Shown piece after piece: positions 51,601-63,599 of a DNA stretch of 64,000 bases (position 1 is its first letter; the number at the start of each line of letters is the position of its first letter). The stretch is from assembly GCF_018977255.1 (NCBI RefSeq), contig NW_024704742.1, positions 88,848,001 through 88,912,000 of the forward strand, written 5' to 3'. Both the position numbers and the translations under genes were made by a program. The DNA is from Callorhinchus milii. Its lineage: Eukaryota. The notes below the pieces were generated by a model, which was not told where the DNA came from, searched no databases, and worked only from the letters and a program-made list of their open reading frames with translations.

Positions 51601-52360
51601 CCGCACCACAACTGGCACCGCCTTCCATCACCTCCGGAATATCGCCAGATTACGGCACTACCTCACCCCTCACGCTGCTGAAACCCTGGTTCACGCCTTT
51701 GTCACCTCAAGGCTGGACTATGGGAACTCTCTCCTCGCCGGCCTTCCCGCCACCTCCCTCCACAAGCTGCAGGTCATTCAGAACTCTGCAGCTCGTGTAC
51801 TGTCCCGCACCAGGACCACATCACTCCCACCCTCGCTCGCCTCCACTGGCTCCCCATCCCCCAGAGGATTGATTTCAAGATCCTCATCCTCACCTACAAG
51901 GCCATTCACGGCCTTGCTCCCTCCTACCTCTCCAACCTACTATCCCCCTACCTACCTGCCCGTACCCTCCGTTCCTCTGGCTCCGGTCTGCTCCACGTCC
52001 CCCGCCCCAACCGCCCTACTATCGGTGGTCGGGCCTTCAGCCTCTCAGCCCCGAGGCTCTGGAACTCCATCCCCCAGTGCCTTCGCCTTGCTTCCTCCCT
52101 TTCCTCCTTCAAGGCCGGTCTCAAAACCTTTCTCTTTGACCGTGCCTTCAGCTCCCCTCTCGACTCTCTTCCTCCTCCTCGCTCCCTCCCTTCCCTCCCC
52201 TCACCCTGACCATTTCCCCCTCCTCTCTCCCTCCCTTCCCTCCCCTCACCCTGACCATTTCCCCCCTGCTCGGGTCATGACCCAACTGTGCAGCGCCTTG
52301 GGACGTCCTCCTGACGTGAAAGGCGCTCTATAAATGGAATCTTGTTGTTGTTGTTGTTGT
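48627..52360 (+). mobile_element. Apparently full-length single-ORF L2-clade LINE (about 3.73 kb)
   Basis: TSD TGTAAAG at 48620-48626 and 52361-52367, GC-rich leader, APE and RT coding region, 3' stem-loop 52293-52326, (TGT)n tail. No room for an ORF1. Confidence 0.93.
48959..52209 (+). pseudogene. L2 endonuclease-reverse transcriptase ORF, disrupted by about 4 frameshifts
   Basis: ATG in actATGG. N-terminal motifs SRSLLLSLR, LGILRRAHRG, RGVNLSSLIPI in frame 1. APE motifs QNVRSL, LTETWL, RGGGVA, YRPP, GDFN, SDHY. RT motifs [30 protein letters not shown]. Shifts near 48990, 49300, 50425 and 51814; those in C-runs may be sequencing errors. Confidence 0.92.
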
Positions 52361-52699
52361 TGTAAAGAGAAGCTTTCACATCCTGCATGGGAAAGTGACA
52401 CCATCGATGATTGACAGTTTAACAACATTTGTTCCTTCTGGAAGATTGATCATTTTTCACGATTCACTTTGCAGCCAAATGTGCTAAGTTGTTTCCTTTA
52501 ATAAGCTGCAGCTGTAATATTCAAATAATCATTTCACTCTGGTAACTGTATCTAATGGGAATTTAATTAGAGGAACACTAGTGCATTGATTTATATGGTT
52601 GAACTTGGAATATTTAAAAATACAGTTTCTCTTGTTAGTCAGGATGTGTTTTGTGCAACATGCACTGCTCTATGTCTTTGTGTACACTAGTATTTTTAT

Positions 52700-52765
52700 G
52701 TCAGCTGGGTTTCTGACACACACAGAAACCCATCGCCATCCTTAAGAGTAACCAAACCAAATTAC
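52700..52765. repeat. Unclassified ancient repeat, copy 4 (short)
   Basis: tcagctgggtttctgacacacacagaaacccatcgccatccttaagagtaaccaaacc matches 60358-60415. Confidence 0.65.
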
Positions 52766-54161
52766 ACTTACATCTTGGCCAGACAGAATAATGGGGGGAA
52801 TTTCTGGCTAAGTGTATTTACAATACCGGTATCGGCATTTACCCACTTTTTTGTGTTTTTTTCTCTCTCTATTGCTCTGTTTCTTTCTTTACTTCTGTAT
52901 GTGTATGTCTCTCTTGTTCTGTACATATGCATTTGTGTTGCATTTTCCTTGTCTGAGCTATTGGTGTAATAATTATAATAATAATATTAGAGTGTGTACC
53001 TTCTCTCTCTTTCTTCCCACCTCTTTCCCTTTTGTGTGCACCTCTCTGGTGGTTATGCTCTGGTTAATGCTCTTTATTCCCAAGCTGCACTCCAAACTAT
53101 TCTTTCTCTAGCATTTTACAGAAAAAGTAAGACCATGTTCCTCTCCCAAAAAATACCAAAGGAACAACAATTCTTAGAGTTCAACATTCGTTCCTGAATC
53201 CCGGAAGAATGGAATTTTCAAGAAGCAGAACAAAGAACCATCATATCCCCTGTTCATATCCCATGTGCACGTTTGTAATGGGAAATGACAGTAAAAGGAC
53301 ATTGAATGTCTGGTACAGACTTCCAAATTGCTAATAAAACCAATGATTTCTTGTAAAGTAATGTTTTCCAAACACTGCAATATTTCACTTTTATTCCCAG
53401 ACATTCATTAGGTGAGTTTAAAAAAAACCTCATCAAGTAGGTTGTAAAGTTTACAGTTTGTGTGCCAATGAAGTGTGCTCTTGGATAATTACAGATAAGC
53501 GTCATTATTTTCATCAGAGTGAGGCGTAAAAAGGTTAATGAAAAGCTCACCAAGAAATTTGTGGCCAAATAATTGCTTTGGATACAGCTCCTTTATCATG
53601 GCAAACCATCTCCCACAATATGATACAGAATCAATTCCAACATTCAAACCGTTCATCTGCTGTGGTTTATGCCATATGTGCAATGATTTTGATGTATAGC
53701 TATTATCTCACATAACATCCCAATAGCCTGACATAAAACCTGACGAAATGCCTTTCCTCTCATTATTGCCTAAACTAGGCTGGGAAACATAGTAATGTAG
53801 ACATTTTCTGCAAAGAAGGAGGCATGTGGACTGTTGTTGCTGTACTGCAGTTAGCTGTTTAGTTAAATCTTTTTTTTTATTAATCCCACTTTCCAGCTTT
53901 CTCCCTATCTCCCTCTTATTCTTTTACAAATTCTGCGAAGCACTTTCAGACATCTTTCCAATCTGAAAGACGCAATATCAAATGTAGGGATGATCATTAT
54001 TTTTATTATGCCCTTCAGTATTTTAAACACCTCTATAATTTCCCTTCTCACTTTCCTCTGCTCGAGAGGGAAAAAATCCCAATTGATTAGCTTCTCTTTA
54101 TAATCACAGTGTATTGTATGAAGTAAGCCTGTGATAAGGGACATATCTAAAAGTATTTGTT

Positions 54162-54305
54162 TTTTGGTCAGCCAAGCATCTGACACATATGGAAACCTAT
54201 GACCTTAGGAACGCTTAAGAGTATTCAAACCAGAGTTCCACATCAGCCACCTAGACATGGAAAGTTCCCTGTGTCTGAATGAATTGTGCACTCTCTCCCC
54301 ATTCC
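54162..54305. repeat. Unclassified ancient repeat, copy 5
   Basis: ctgacacatatggaaacc..cttaagagtattcaaaccagagttccacatc..catggaaagttccctg..gtgcactctctccc. Confidence 0.7.
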
Positions 54306-54739
54306 ATCTCAAATCACATTATATCCCTTAAGCAGGCTGGCCTGATAACGCGCGAATCCCAAAATTAAGATTGAATAATAATCTGTGCTGGGAAGGGGAA
54401 TAATAAATAATTCTTGCATTTGTTACAGCTCTTTATCATTTCACGTCTCAAAGTAGTTCACAGGATTTTACTGTGAACTGTGTTTTTTGGGTTAACACAG
54501 CGGCCAATTTGATCATAGGAATGCCTCACAAACAGTTGTGAAGTGAATGACCAATTTTATTTGAGGGGATTGTGGCCAGGTCAAGAGGCTTATCCCAAGG
54601 CTCCGTCTCATCAATTGTCCTCTTTGTAGCACACATTGAGTTAATAATAAAAAAAATCATTACATTTGATCTAGCATTTACAATGCTGAAACATCTCAAA
54701 GAACATCATCAAGAAATTGCCGTAAAGGGTAGTACCTGT

Positions 54740-55072
54740 GTTTTTAAGTTAATCTTGCCAGGCAATTTTTATGCAGCAAAATTGCACACAGTCATGAGAT
54801 GAATGACCAAATTACCCAGAGGACTATTGGCCAGGACAGACTCCCTTCTCTTTTCAAATAGCATCATGCGCTCTTTCCTATCCAGCTGAATAGGCAAACA
54901 GGATCCTGGCTTAACATCTGATATGAAAGTTGATACCTCCAACAATGCAATGCTGTTCCAGTACTGCAATGGAGTGTTAGCCTAGACAGTGAGCTCAAAG
55001 TCCCGACATGAGGTTGAATTTACAACCTTTAACTCAGAGGCGAGAGTGCTACCAACTGAGCCAGGATGACTG
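54740..55072 (-). mobile_element. Deu-domain SINE with tRNA head
   Basis: actcagaggcgagagtgctaccaactgagccagg is the reverse complement of the head. Deu core remnants upstream. Confidence 0.78.
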
Positions 55073-55959
55073 TCATTGACCTGAGTTAGTTTACACACAG
55101 CTGTGACTCTGCAGCTGTGCAAATTGCATTTTAAACTGTTTATTTCAGTATTAAAACATTCTGTTAGGGCAAGCTCTAACGGTCTTGGGCACTCTAAATT
55201 TGTAACTCCTGCATTGAGCATGATGTTAAATTGATCTGACAATAAAATATCAAAGTAAGTCATTGTTTGTAGACTTCCAACAGCCTTATGCAACCATAAC
55301 GTTGTTTTAAAAAGTGCTAATGTAGTGTGAATGTGCTGATAAGCACATCCACCCCACCATATTTGGAGCTGTCACATTTCTCAGATTGTGGGCAGCTCCT
55401 GAGTTTTCAATAATGTTTGGTTCACTGTGGAATCTTAGGTCTGCTCCAGTTTGGGAAGGTCAGATTTGGAATGATTTGGCACTTCTGATTAATTTGCCAT
55501 CACAACCTTGTCACCACGCCCCCCCCCCCCCACCCACCTCCTTTTCCCCGAATAAAGGTGCCTTTCTAACACTCAGCATTGGTTAGGGATTTGCACAGCA
55601 ATACTCAGCTACACAGTGTGTTTCATGCCACCACGACAAGATCCTTAACTTCCCCTTTGGGTCCTGGAGAAACCAAGGACATGTTGTAACTTTCCTGGTA
55701 TTCAAAATTCTTACTGTGAAAGGCAATCAAAAAGTAATTAAACTATTCTGCACTGACAGCTTCTTTGGCAAAAAATCTGCCATAGTAGGCTATGCCTCCT
55801 AACCTATGACCGACCTTTAACAAAGCTGACAAAATGCTGTGCACTGTGGTCCCCTGACAAATAAAGTAATTAACGTTTTTTTTTACACCGTTTCGCATGT
55901 TTATTTCAAAGGAAAGAACACCACAAGGTCCTGACACCAGCACTGGGCCTGCGTCGATC

Positions 55960-56340
55960 ATGACCAAAAGTGCTTGAAAGGTCCCAGAACAATAGGGCAT
56001 GTTAAAACCATTGGGCTTGTCTCAGCACTTAAGCACAGGGGCTCCTATTTATCATGCATCTGCTATTACTCTTGAGCAGTGCATGGTAAATCTCCTACTT
56101 TAATTGGCAGGCCTCTAACTGCACTCCAGGAATCGGTGACAGCATGATGGATCAGTTTCTTCATATTGGTTTGTTGATCCATACGGAAGGCAGTGGATAT
56201 TGGCATTTGCCATTCAGAAGTTGAGCCCTGTGGACTTCTACTGCTGATTAGTCAAATAGGTTGGCTCTCGATAATTAATGTTCAACAGAAGAGCCCAGGA
56301 ACAAGGCTCTCGAGGGACTGAAGTTTGCAGCAAACTGTAG
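55960..56340 (-). pseudogene. Possible very old Harbinger transposase C-terminal remnant
   Basis: One frame reads ALFLGSSVEH*LSR..LLNGKCQYPLPSVWINKPI, loosely like ARxPGSxHDxxILR..LLGDxGYPLxxWLMTP with similar spacing. Weak. Confidence 0.3.
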
Positions 56341-57769
56341 AGAAGGCAACTCAGAACTAGTTTAGTAAAAGAAGTGCCCACATGGGAAATGGGAAGAAAT
56401 TAATGGGTTTGTAAGAATGGTTTAACCCTTCTATCAATTAACCCTCCTGTGTTTAATAGATTGCTTCGTGTTGCCTTCCAAATACGGCAAGATTAGCACT
56501 TTCTGCTTATTGACTGAATATCATTAGTTGTACAAGTGTAGACTTGCTTTTACTTTTAATTCTTCAAAATATGCAGAATCCAATATTCGGAGCCACTAAT
56601 GTTGATAGGTTGGCGGGTGTTGCTGTTTGTATACCTGTATTTACACTGGTGGTATAGGGAAGAGGGGGAAGAGAAGCTGGGTGAGCTGAACAATACGCTC
56701 CTCGATTTATTTTCCATAATCCAAAGGTTTTCTGTAAAGTTGTTTTCCTGAAAGCGCATATTTGTTTCCACATTTTGTAAATTTCCCTTCTCATTGAATA
56801 ATGCCGAGAGATCGTTAACTTTCATCTGAACAGGCAGACGGAACCTCGATTTAATGTGTTACCCAAAGGACAGTATTATTAGTATTATTTGTATTATTGA
56901 TAATAAGATGGTTATAGTAGGACACGAGAAGCTTTCCTCACCACTTACAAGACATTTCTGCATGATTTACACCTATGCAATAGAACACTACAGCTAATCT
57001 CTCACAGCACAGGAGCACAGAAGGAAGACAGCTAAACTGACTCTTAAGTAACTCACAACTAATGACATTAAACTATTTACTGTTAATATATCAGTGCATT
57101 TCTCTCAGCTCTACTGTTTGACTTCATACAAACTGACACAGTCTGAAGAGTGGAGAAAGTTTGGTTTACAAATTGCTCTAAGGCTACCACCAGTGTAACT
57201 TTTTATAGTACAAGTCAACAGAATTGGATTCATCAGATATTTCCCTTCCCTCAGGAGATGAATTGTCTCATGTGTCATACCAACTAGAAGTCTAGCTGAG
57301 AAATGCTAAAGTGCATCTGACTGAGGCAACAGAGTTTGAATGACATGGCTCTATAGATACTGAACTGCTAAATGTTTGATAGTGAGTCAAGTAGTTAAAC
57401 ATTCTTTACAGATATTTCATTTAAAAGCTGGTGGCAGTCACTCCCAGAAGTGAGCTTGGAACTGCTGCCAAAACGCACACCTGGACGAGGCTAACAAATT
57501 CAGTCAGGTTGGACCAGGGTGAAAGGCATCAGGACCAGTGTTAATTGCTCACCTTCCCTTTCCTTGCCTAAGGTGAGCAGAGAAAAGGTTAAAGTGTACT
57601 TTATCAGGTTGAATGCCTGAATGAACTTGTGCTTCAGATTGAAACTGGAATTTTGGTTGTGGCACTCGTAGCAAGTGCTCGGAATGATCTTGAGAACACT
57701 GAAGTTTGATCACAGGTTTAGTAGGTTCCTTTTAACTTCAACATAGCTTATGCCTCAATTGTTTCATTT

Positions 57770-58325
57770 ATCCTCAGTGGACGTTCATTATCTTACGGCA
57801 CTATTGAAAAGAGGAGGGAGTTTCTCCCAGTTTCCTGGCTGACAATCTGTCAGCGCAAATTAGCTGTGGTTTTGCCAAAACAAATAAAGAGTCACTATAG
57901 TTTACAGTAAATCCTGTGAAACACTTTGAGACATCCTCCTAGCATGAATGGTGCTATATCAAAATGCAAGGATTATTGGTATTATTTTGATTGCAATTTC
58001 TCATATGTTCTTTTCCACTTTCAGCTGTCTACCTGGTTAGATGGGCACAATGGATCCCATGACACTATTAGAAAAAAGTTTCTCCAAGTATCCTGGTCAA
58101 CAAATGCTCTAGATAAAGTTGATCATTCGCTTCATAGCTGTTTAGGAGACCTTGCAAAATGTATGCCTTGTTTGCCTACAAAAATGCACCATCTGAATAA
58201 CTGATTTTGAATGACACGGCATTAAAAGAAAAACTGCTAAATGTCATTACTTTTGACAGCAATTCCCTATGAAGCATTTCAAAGTTTCAGGCACTATAAC
58301 TATAAGTGCAAGGATTATTATTATC
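57770..58325 (+). mobile_element. Two adjacent degraded Deu-domain SINE fragments
   Basis: cagtggacgttc..ggcactattgaaaagaggagggagtttctccc and ggatcccatgacactatt. Two gcaaggattatt tails. Confidence 0.65.
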
Positions 58326-58439
58326 TGATTTTGTTGGTGTATTTTACAACACCGGTTGACAAGTGAAGTAAATACAAATTTTGCACAGCTTTTTGCACAA
58401 ATTTTGGGGTAATATTGTCAAGTGTAGTGAATAAAAATA

Positions 58440-58740
58440 AAAATATTCCTTACATTTGGTATATTGCCTTTTATGTTGAAAGGATGTCTCTGAGGCATTG
58501 TTGGCCAGAGAGAAGTTCCTTTCTCTTTTTAAGAAGTGTTCAAGGATCTTTAACGTTTACTTGGAACAGGTATGTGGGGGCTTGATTTAATGTCTCATAC
58601 AAAGGATGGCACCTCCAACAAACCAGCACTGCACTGGAGAATCAGCCTGGACTGTAAGCTCCAAGTGTGAAAGTGGGGGTTGAACCCATACCTTTGACTC
58701 AGATATGAGAATGCTGCCAATTGCGCCAGGCTGACAATAC
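58440..58740 (-). mobile_element. Deu-domain SINE (degraded, internally deleted)
   Basis: ggatctttaacgtt..tttaatgtctcat..ggatggcacctccaaca..ttgaacccata..gactcaga..tgctgccaattg. Confidence 0.72.
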
Positions 58741-59624
58741 AAAGTGAATCATTTTGTAGGCTAATGTTTTTGTGAAGAAGTTAGGGGATACCTATCTTAG
58801 GGTTTCTCCTGCCTCCCCCGCCTCCCCAATCCCTTAATCCCTAGCCATCATCACCAATATATGTGACTTTGTAGGGAGCCATTTTTAATCTGAGGAAGAC
58901 CATGTTCATTGATTTATTTTTAAGACTATGCATCAATAAAATGATTTCAAGATCAAGAATTCTTAGTCCAGTAACAAAGTGCAATAACAACAAAAAATGA
59001 ATGTTAAGCAGTACTTTGATTTGATACGGTGATATCATGCTCCCCGGTAGCTGTCTGTTTGGAATTGTTTTACACCTCGGATTTGTTCTGTTCATACACA
59101 GAATGTTTTATTTGTCACAGAACCCAATAAAGAATTACCCGTAATTCACACAAAAAAATACAATGTAAGTAGAAATTGATTGACAGCAGCTTCAGCACAG
59201 CCTGGATGGATTTTCCGGGAAACCTGCGAGTTCCAGCAAATGTGTTCATGATTCATTCATCGACAGAAACTAAGCTTGTGTCTCTTGGATAGTCTGTGAG
59301 ATGACAGACTCATTTTAGTCTTCTTTGACCTTTGCAGCATTAAGCATCAATCATAGGTCCAACAAGGGACGTGTTAGTTTACTATTCTGTGACAATGTGC
59401 TGTTCTGCTTCACATGGGGGCGGGGGTGAGGTGGGGGAGGGTGGGTGGGTGAGGAGAGCGGGGTGGAGGGGTGGGTGGGGGAGTCGTCATCAAACCCTGT
59501 TCAGTGCCAGGTGAAATGGAAGAGATAGGCTACTGCTGCTCAGAGTCAGCAGCTTCAGGAGGGACAAAGATCATAGGTGAAAGATACACACGTTCCTCAA
59601 AGACCCATTGTTGCCTTCTGGTAA

Positions 59625-60035
59625 GGACAAGCTTGGGCTCTTCCTGCAGTTCTGAGAGGACAACTCAGAATGAACCTCATAGAGGTATATAACATTTTAA
59701 AAGGGGTTGAAAAAAGTGAGCCCAGAACAATACTGTTGAGCCAATAGAATGGATCAAGACAGTATAACAAGGGGACATAGGGTTAGAGTTCAAATTGCGT
59801 TTAAATACATTTTGAGAAGTGCCTTAGAAAGAGGGGAGGGAGTCGGAGGGACTCCATGATGGAGTTCCAGAGTGCGGGGACAGAATGGCTGAAAGTCCAC
59901 CTGCCGGTGGTGGGGTAGATAGGCAGGAGTACATGAACCAGGCTGGAACTCACTAAGCGAAGGGAACGGCCGGATCGGTAGGGTTGAAGGGACTCAGAGA
60001 TAGGGTGGGGTGAAACCCTGGAGGGATTTTCCTGT
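59625..60035. mobile_element. CR1 3' remnant (+, to about 59790) followed by L2 3' remnant (-)
   Basis: aagcttgggctctt..acctcatagaggtatataacattttaaaagggg is CR1-like. gatggagttccagagtgcggggacagaatggctgaa is L2-like. Confidence 0.6.
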
Positions 60036-60357
60036 GAATTTCAATTTCTGAAGATACTTTGTGTATCACCAGAGCACTCTCCAAACGGCAGCCAGGTTCT
60101 TCCTGATTACTTATTCCATCAGATAATCTTGGCAACCATTTTGTTGTGTAATGCATTATACTGAGACTAGAAAACCATCCACTGGCATATGTTATATTAG
60201 TTAACGATTCCATTAAAAATTGAATGAGTTTTTAAAGCAATGGCATACATATCAGTGTAAAAACTGCAGGATTTCATAATACATTCAGTTATGAAATGTC
60301 GCATTTTACCCCATCATTTACCCCATCAAAAATCATGGTTTAGATTTAATTTTTTTT

Positions 60358-60600
60358 TCAGCTGGGTGTTTCAGCGGAAACCCATCAGCATGCTGAAGAG
60401 TATCCAAACGAAACTGAAAATTCCATGCATCCCACCTACACATGGAAATTCCATGAAATGAAATGTGCACTTTCTCCCTGGAGGGACAGGTCCTGCTTAT
60501 CTAATTCTGGACAGTATTAGGCGCAGGTTGGTAAAACCCAAGGCTTGGGAACCCCAGAGTTTGCGTTAGGGTACTGCTGGAGTCTAACCAGCTAAAACTA
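60358..60600. repeat. Unclassified ancient repeat, copy 6
   Basis: Reverse complement of 42265-42525 over its whole length. Confidence 0.78.
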
Positions 60601-60656
60601 TTGATACCGCTGTCTGTCAAGATTTTCTGTTGCTTATCCGGTGAAGACCACACTAC

Positions 60657-61083
60657 CTGTTATGCTTTTGGCTTGCAACATTAACGGGAGCTGAGTGGGA
60701 AGAATCAGTGACTGGTATGTCCTTCGAAGTCTTCTGCTGAGCCAGATTGTCTGTGCTGTCATCAACAGTGCCCTGGAATACCGTGGACCCACCTGCCTCA
60801 GGAACTGGACCACCGAGACTACCACAGAGGCGGCCTCGATTTTGACATTCCGTTGCCAAACATGTCTTACTTGTTACCTTGGAGTTGGTTCGGCTCCAAG
60901 GAGACTGGAAGATTGAGTAATATCGGGGAACATCTTTAAATATGTTAACCTCAGCACAAGGAACAACTTTCATTTTATCTTCCTTCTTAGAGGCAGCAAC
61001 GTTTCGGTTGAAATACATGCAAAACGTCAAAGGATGTCCTGTAATCTTGTAATCCATTAGTGTTTCCTTTTCAATCAATATCT
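60657..61083 (-). CDS. Candidate host coding exon (unidentified protein)
   Basis: Longest ORF in the track that I cannot attribute to a TE (157 aa), in unique sequence with protein-like composition. Possible acceptor catttcacaatcttcaag or ATG at 61057. Frame stays open up to CAG|gtagtg, with an alternative donor CAG|gtgggt at 60793. Confidence 0.4.
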
Positions 61084-63585
61084 CTTGAAGATTGTGAAAT
61101 GAACAAGTGCTCACAAATACTAACATTGGTTCGCTGATGGAACATAAAAGGATAGTTCCCCACCCCCACCCTAATCCCTCTCGTTCCCTCCCTCTCTATG
61201 TGTGATATGACCATTAAAACAAATGTAATCTTATAGAATTTCAGTATTTTCATTGTGTTGCGGTGGTGAAGCCAGCCTAAGCAACATCATCTGGCCCTGT
61301 CGCATGCATTAGTGAAATGAGTTCTGGCATCCTGGCTCTGATAACACTAAAGCACACAGATTTCACAGACTGCTTATGACTGCTGCTGCGTTGAAGGAAG
61401 GCAGCAAACCGATGTAAAGACCTGCAATTTACTATGCCGGTTGCCTTCAATATCATTATTTATGAGGGTTTGTTATGGATCTCCAGTATTTTTAGGCAAA
61501 AAAAATAAGCTCCGCTGTCTGCGTTCTTGCTATGATGCGCTCAGTAATGTCATAAAAGGACAAGTCAGATTGAAAGTGTGGCATAGGGGATGGATGATTT
61601 GATTGTGATTTCTCTCACAGAGTGGATTTGAAGTGTCAGCACAAAATTATCCTTAAATCTGCAAAATTATCCTTAAATCATCGATCTGCTGTACTCCGGT
61701 ACACAATGTCACCTAACTCAGCATTGGCCTTGAACCTGAGGTGTCTGGATAGTGTTGTGGGCAACAGCTGATCATTCCCCCAATGAGTTAGGTGGAATAA
61801 CATTGGACATGCTGAATCCAGTCCCAAAAGTCCTGTGTGCACAAAAATAGCAATTAATCTGAGATTTTGCTTCTAAATTTGACAGTCTTGCTCGGGGAGG
61901 TCACATAAGTGGAAATATCACTGTTTTTAGCAGGAAATGATCTTACAAAGTTAGTATTGATGTAGTTTAGAAACAGGATGAAGTGGAGAGGAATACTCAA
62001 TGTTTCTCCACTGTTGTTCTTTAGCTTTCAGTTGGTTCACGTTTTAACCAAGTTGAAATAGTGGAAAACAAAATAATAAAGCTGATTTTAAAAAAAAAAC
62101 TCTTAGCTCAGCGCTATTCAGTAGGGCTCCGTGGCTGGAATATAAACCAATGTGTATATGCATGCACAGAAATTAAGTGGGTCCCTGCTGATCTCCACCA
62201 TCAACAGATGGAAAAGGGGAGTGTGAAACACAAGCTTTGTTCTCCACTGTGGTCAACCAGCAGCTGAAGAGCAAAGACTGGCAATGGGATGGAAATGACG
62301 ATTAACATTATAAGTGTCTTCAGCAAGAACACCCAAAATGCAGTGTTTATTGTGTTTTGAACACGCAAGTTGTTAGTGAAACAATTTTGTTTGAAAAGCT
62401 ACTCTGAAAGTGATCAGAAATATGAAAGGGAGGCTATTTTTTTCCCTTCTTGTTATTCCACAGCAAACGTTTATGGTTTTCAACAGCCAGCACCTGCTTA
62501 ATTCAAATGTGTTGGGAATGAATAATAATTTGTCTTACACTGCCAGGCGAGGGAATATTTTTTTCTCTCTCCCTTTTCATGCAAACACACCAACAATGCT
62601 ACACAAAGGGAAATATTCTACAGCAGCCTCACAAATAACCTTTCCCGAGTCTTTATCCATCTGTTGCACCAGTGCCCCTTTCTTATTCATTGCACCCATT
62701 ATAATTAGGGTGGGGAGCTCAGCAAAAAAAAGAATAAAACAGCAGGCAACAGCAGGAGTTTACAAAGCCAGAGAAGGTGCAAAACAGAGTTAGTTAACCC
62801 TGCTAACAGTGCACCTTTGGCCAGAAGCCAGGGATTTTGTTAATTTTCTCATCTGATTAAATTAATGCGGCTGAGCTCAGAGTTGTTCCCCAAATGCAAC
62901 AGCAATAACATGTTGAATAACAGCCTCTGCTTATTTTTCCAGAGAGGTCTTTTGTACAACCATAATAAATGCTTTCACTGCTTAAACTGGATTTTCTTCC
63001 CCCTCCAACCCCGCAAAAAAAAAAATTACCCTGTCCACAAAGCAATTTATTTCTTAACTCAGCATAGAAAATACAGAGAGTCAGGAGCAGGTTGCTACCC
63101 TTTATTTTTATTACATATCGACTGTCCACACCGGTGTTTCCCTTTGGCGCATGATATTAATTATATTAACGGTATTTCATGCAGAGATAACAATCCTGCG
63201 GCACTCTGCATCAGGCCAGGGAGGTAATTACAGGTGAAGGCAGTTTGTGATGAATTGCTGTCGGTGTACACACAAGGTAAAGGTAATCCCTGTTATATTT
63301 CTACTAAATTGCCTAGGATCCGTTTCGGGCTTTAAATGTATTTGTTTGTTAATTAAACAGCATCAGCACCACAAGGCAAGTCTCATTACAACTCTGGTGA
63401 GTGAAGATTGCCAATGTATGGGTTGTGGTTAAAGTGCCTGGAGATGTTATCTTATGTGAAAGCTGGTCTGTAAGCATATGTTGCTGTGTGTGTAGTGGGT
63501 GGGGGGAGCGGCTGCAATGAAGGGGTTCATTTGCGTTCTTCGCTATTAGTCTTCCTTATGTAAATTAACGAATGTTTGATGATTA

Positions 63586-63599
63586 CCAGTAGGTGGCGC
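63586..63599 (+). promoter_or_regulatory. CTCF-binding motif
   Basis: CCAGTAGGTGGCGC fits the core consensus CCASYAGRKGGCRS at every position, in a repeat-poor region. Confidence 0.7.

Noticed and set aside
52165..52266. Repeated ~45-nt units in L2 3'UTRs, superficially array-like
   Set aside because: A two-unit tandem duplication without spacers, inherited with the L2 subfamily. Not CRISPR, and the context is eukaryotic.
48972..52277. 10-bp complementarity between tgacccgagc (48972-48981) and gctcgggtca (52268-52277), suggesting 5'-3' circularisation
   Set aside because: A 10-bp inverted match is plausible by chance within 3.7 kb, and there is no covariation evidence.
594..52428. Many Pro/Ser-rich or Gly/Glu/Arg-rich ORFs of 60-265 aa
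   Set aside because: Alternative-frame or antisense read-through of C-rich L2 sequence, which is naturally poor in stop codons.
61642..61679. Tandem duplication with 20-nt period (similar small ones near 34632 and 45236)
   Set aside because: Ordinary slippage-type duplication with no further structure.
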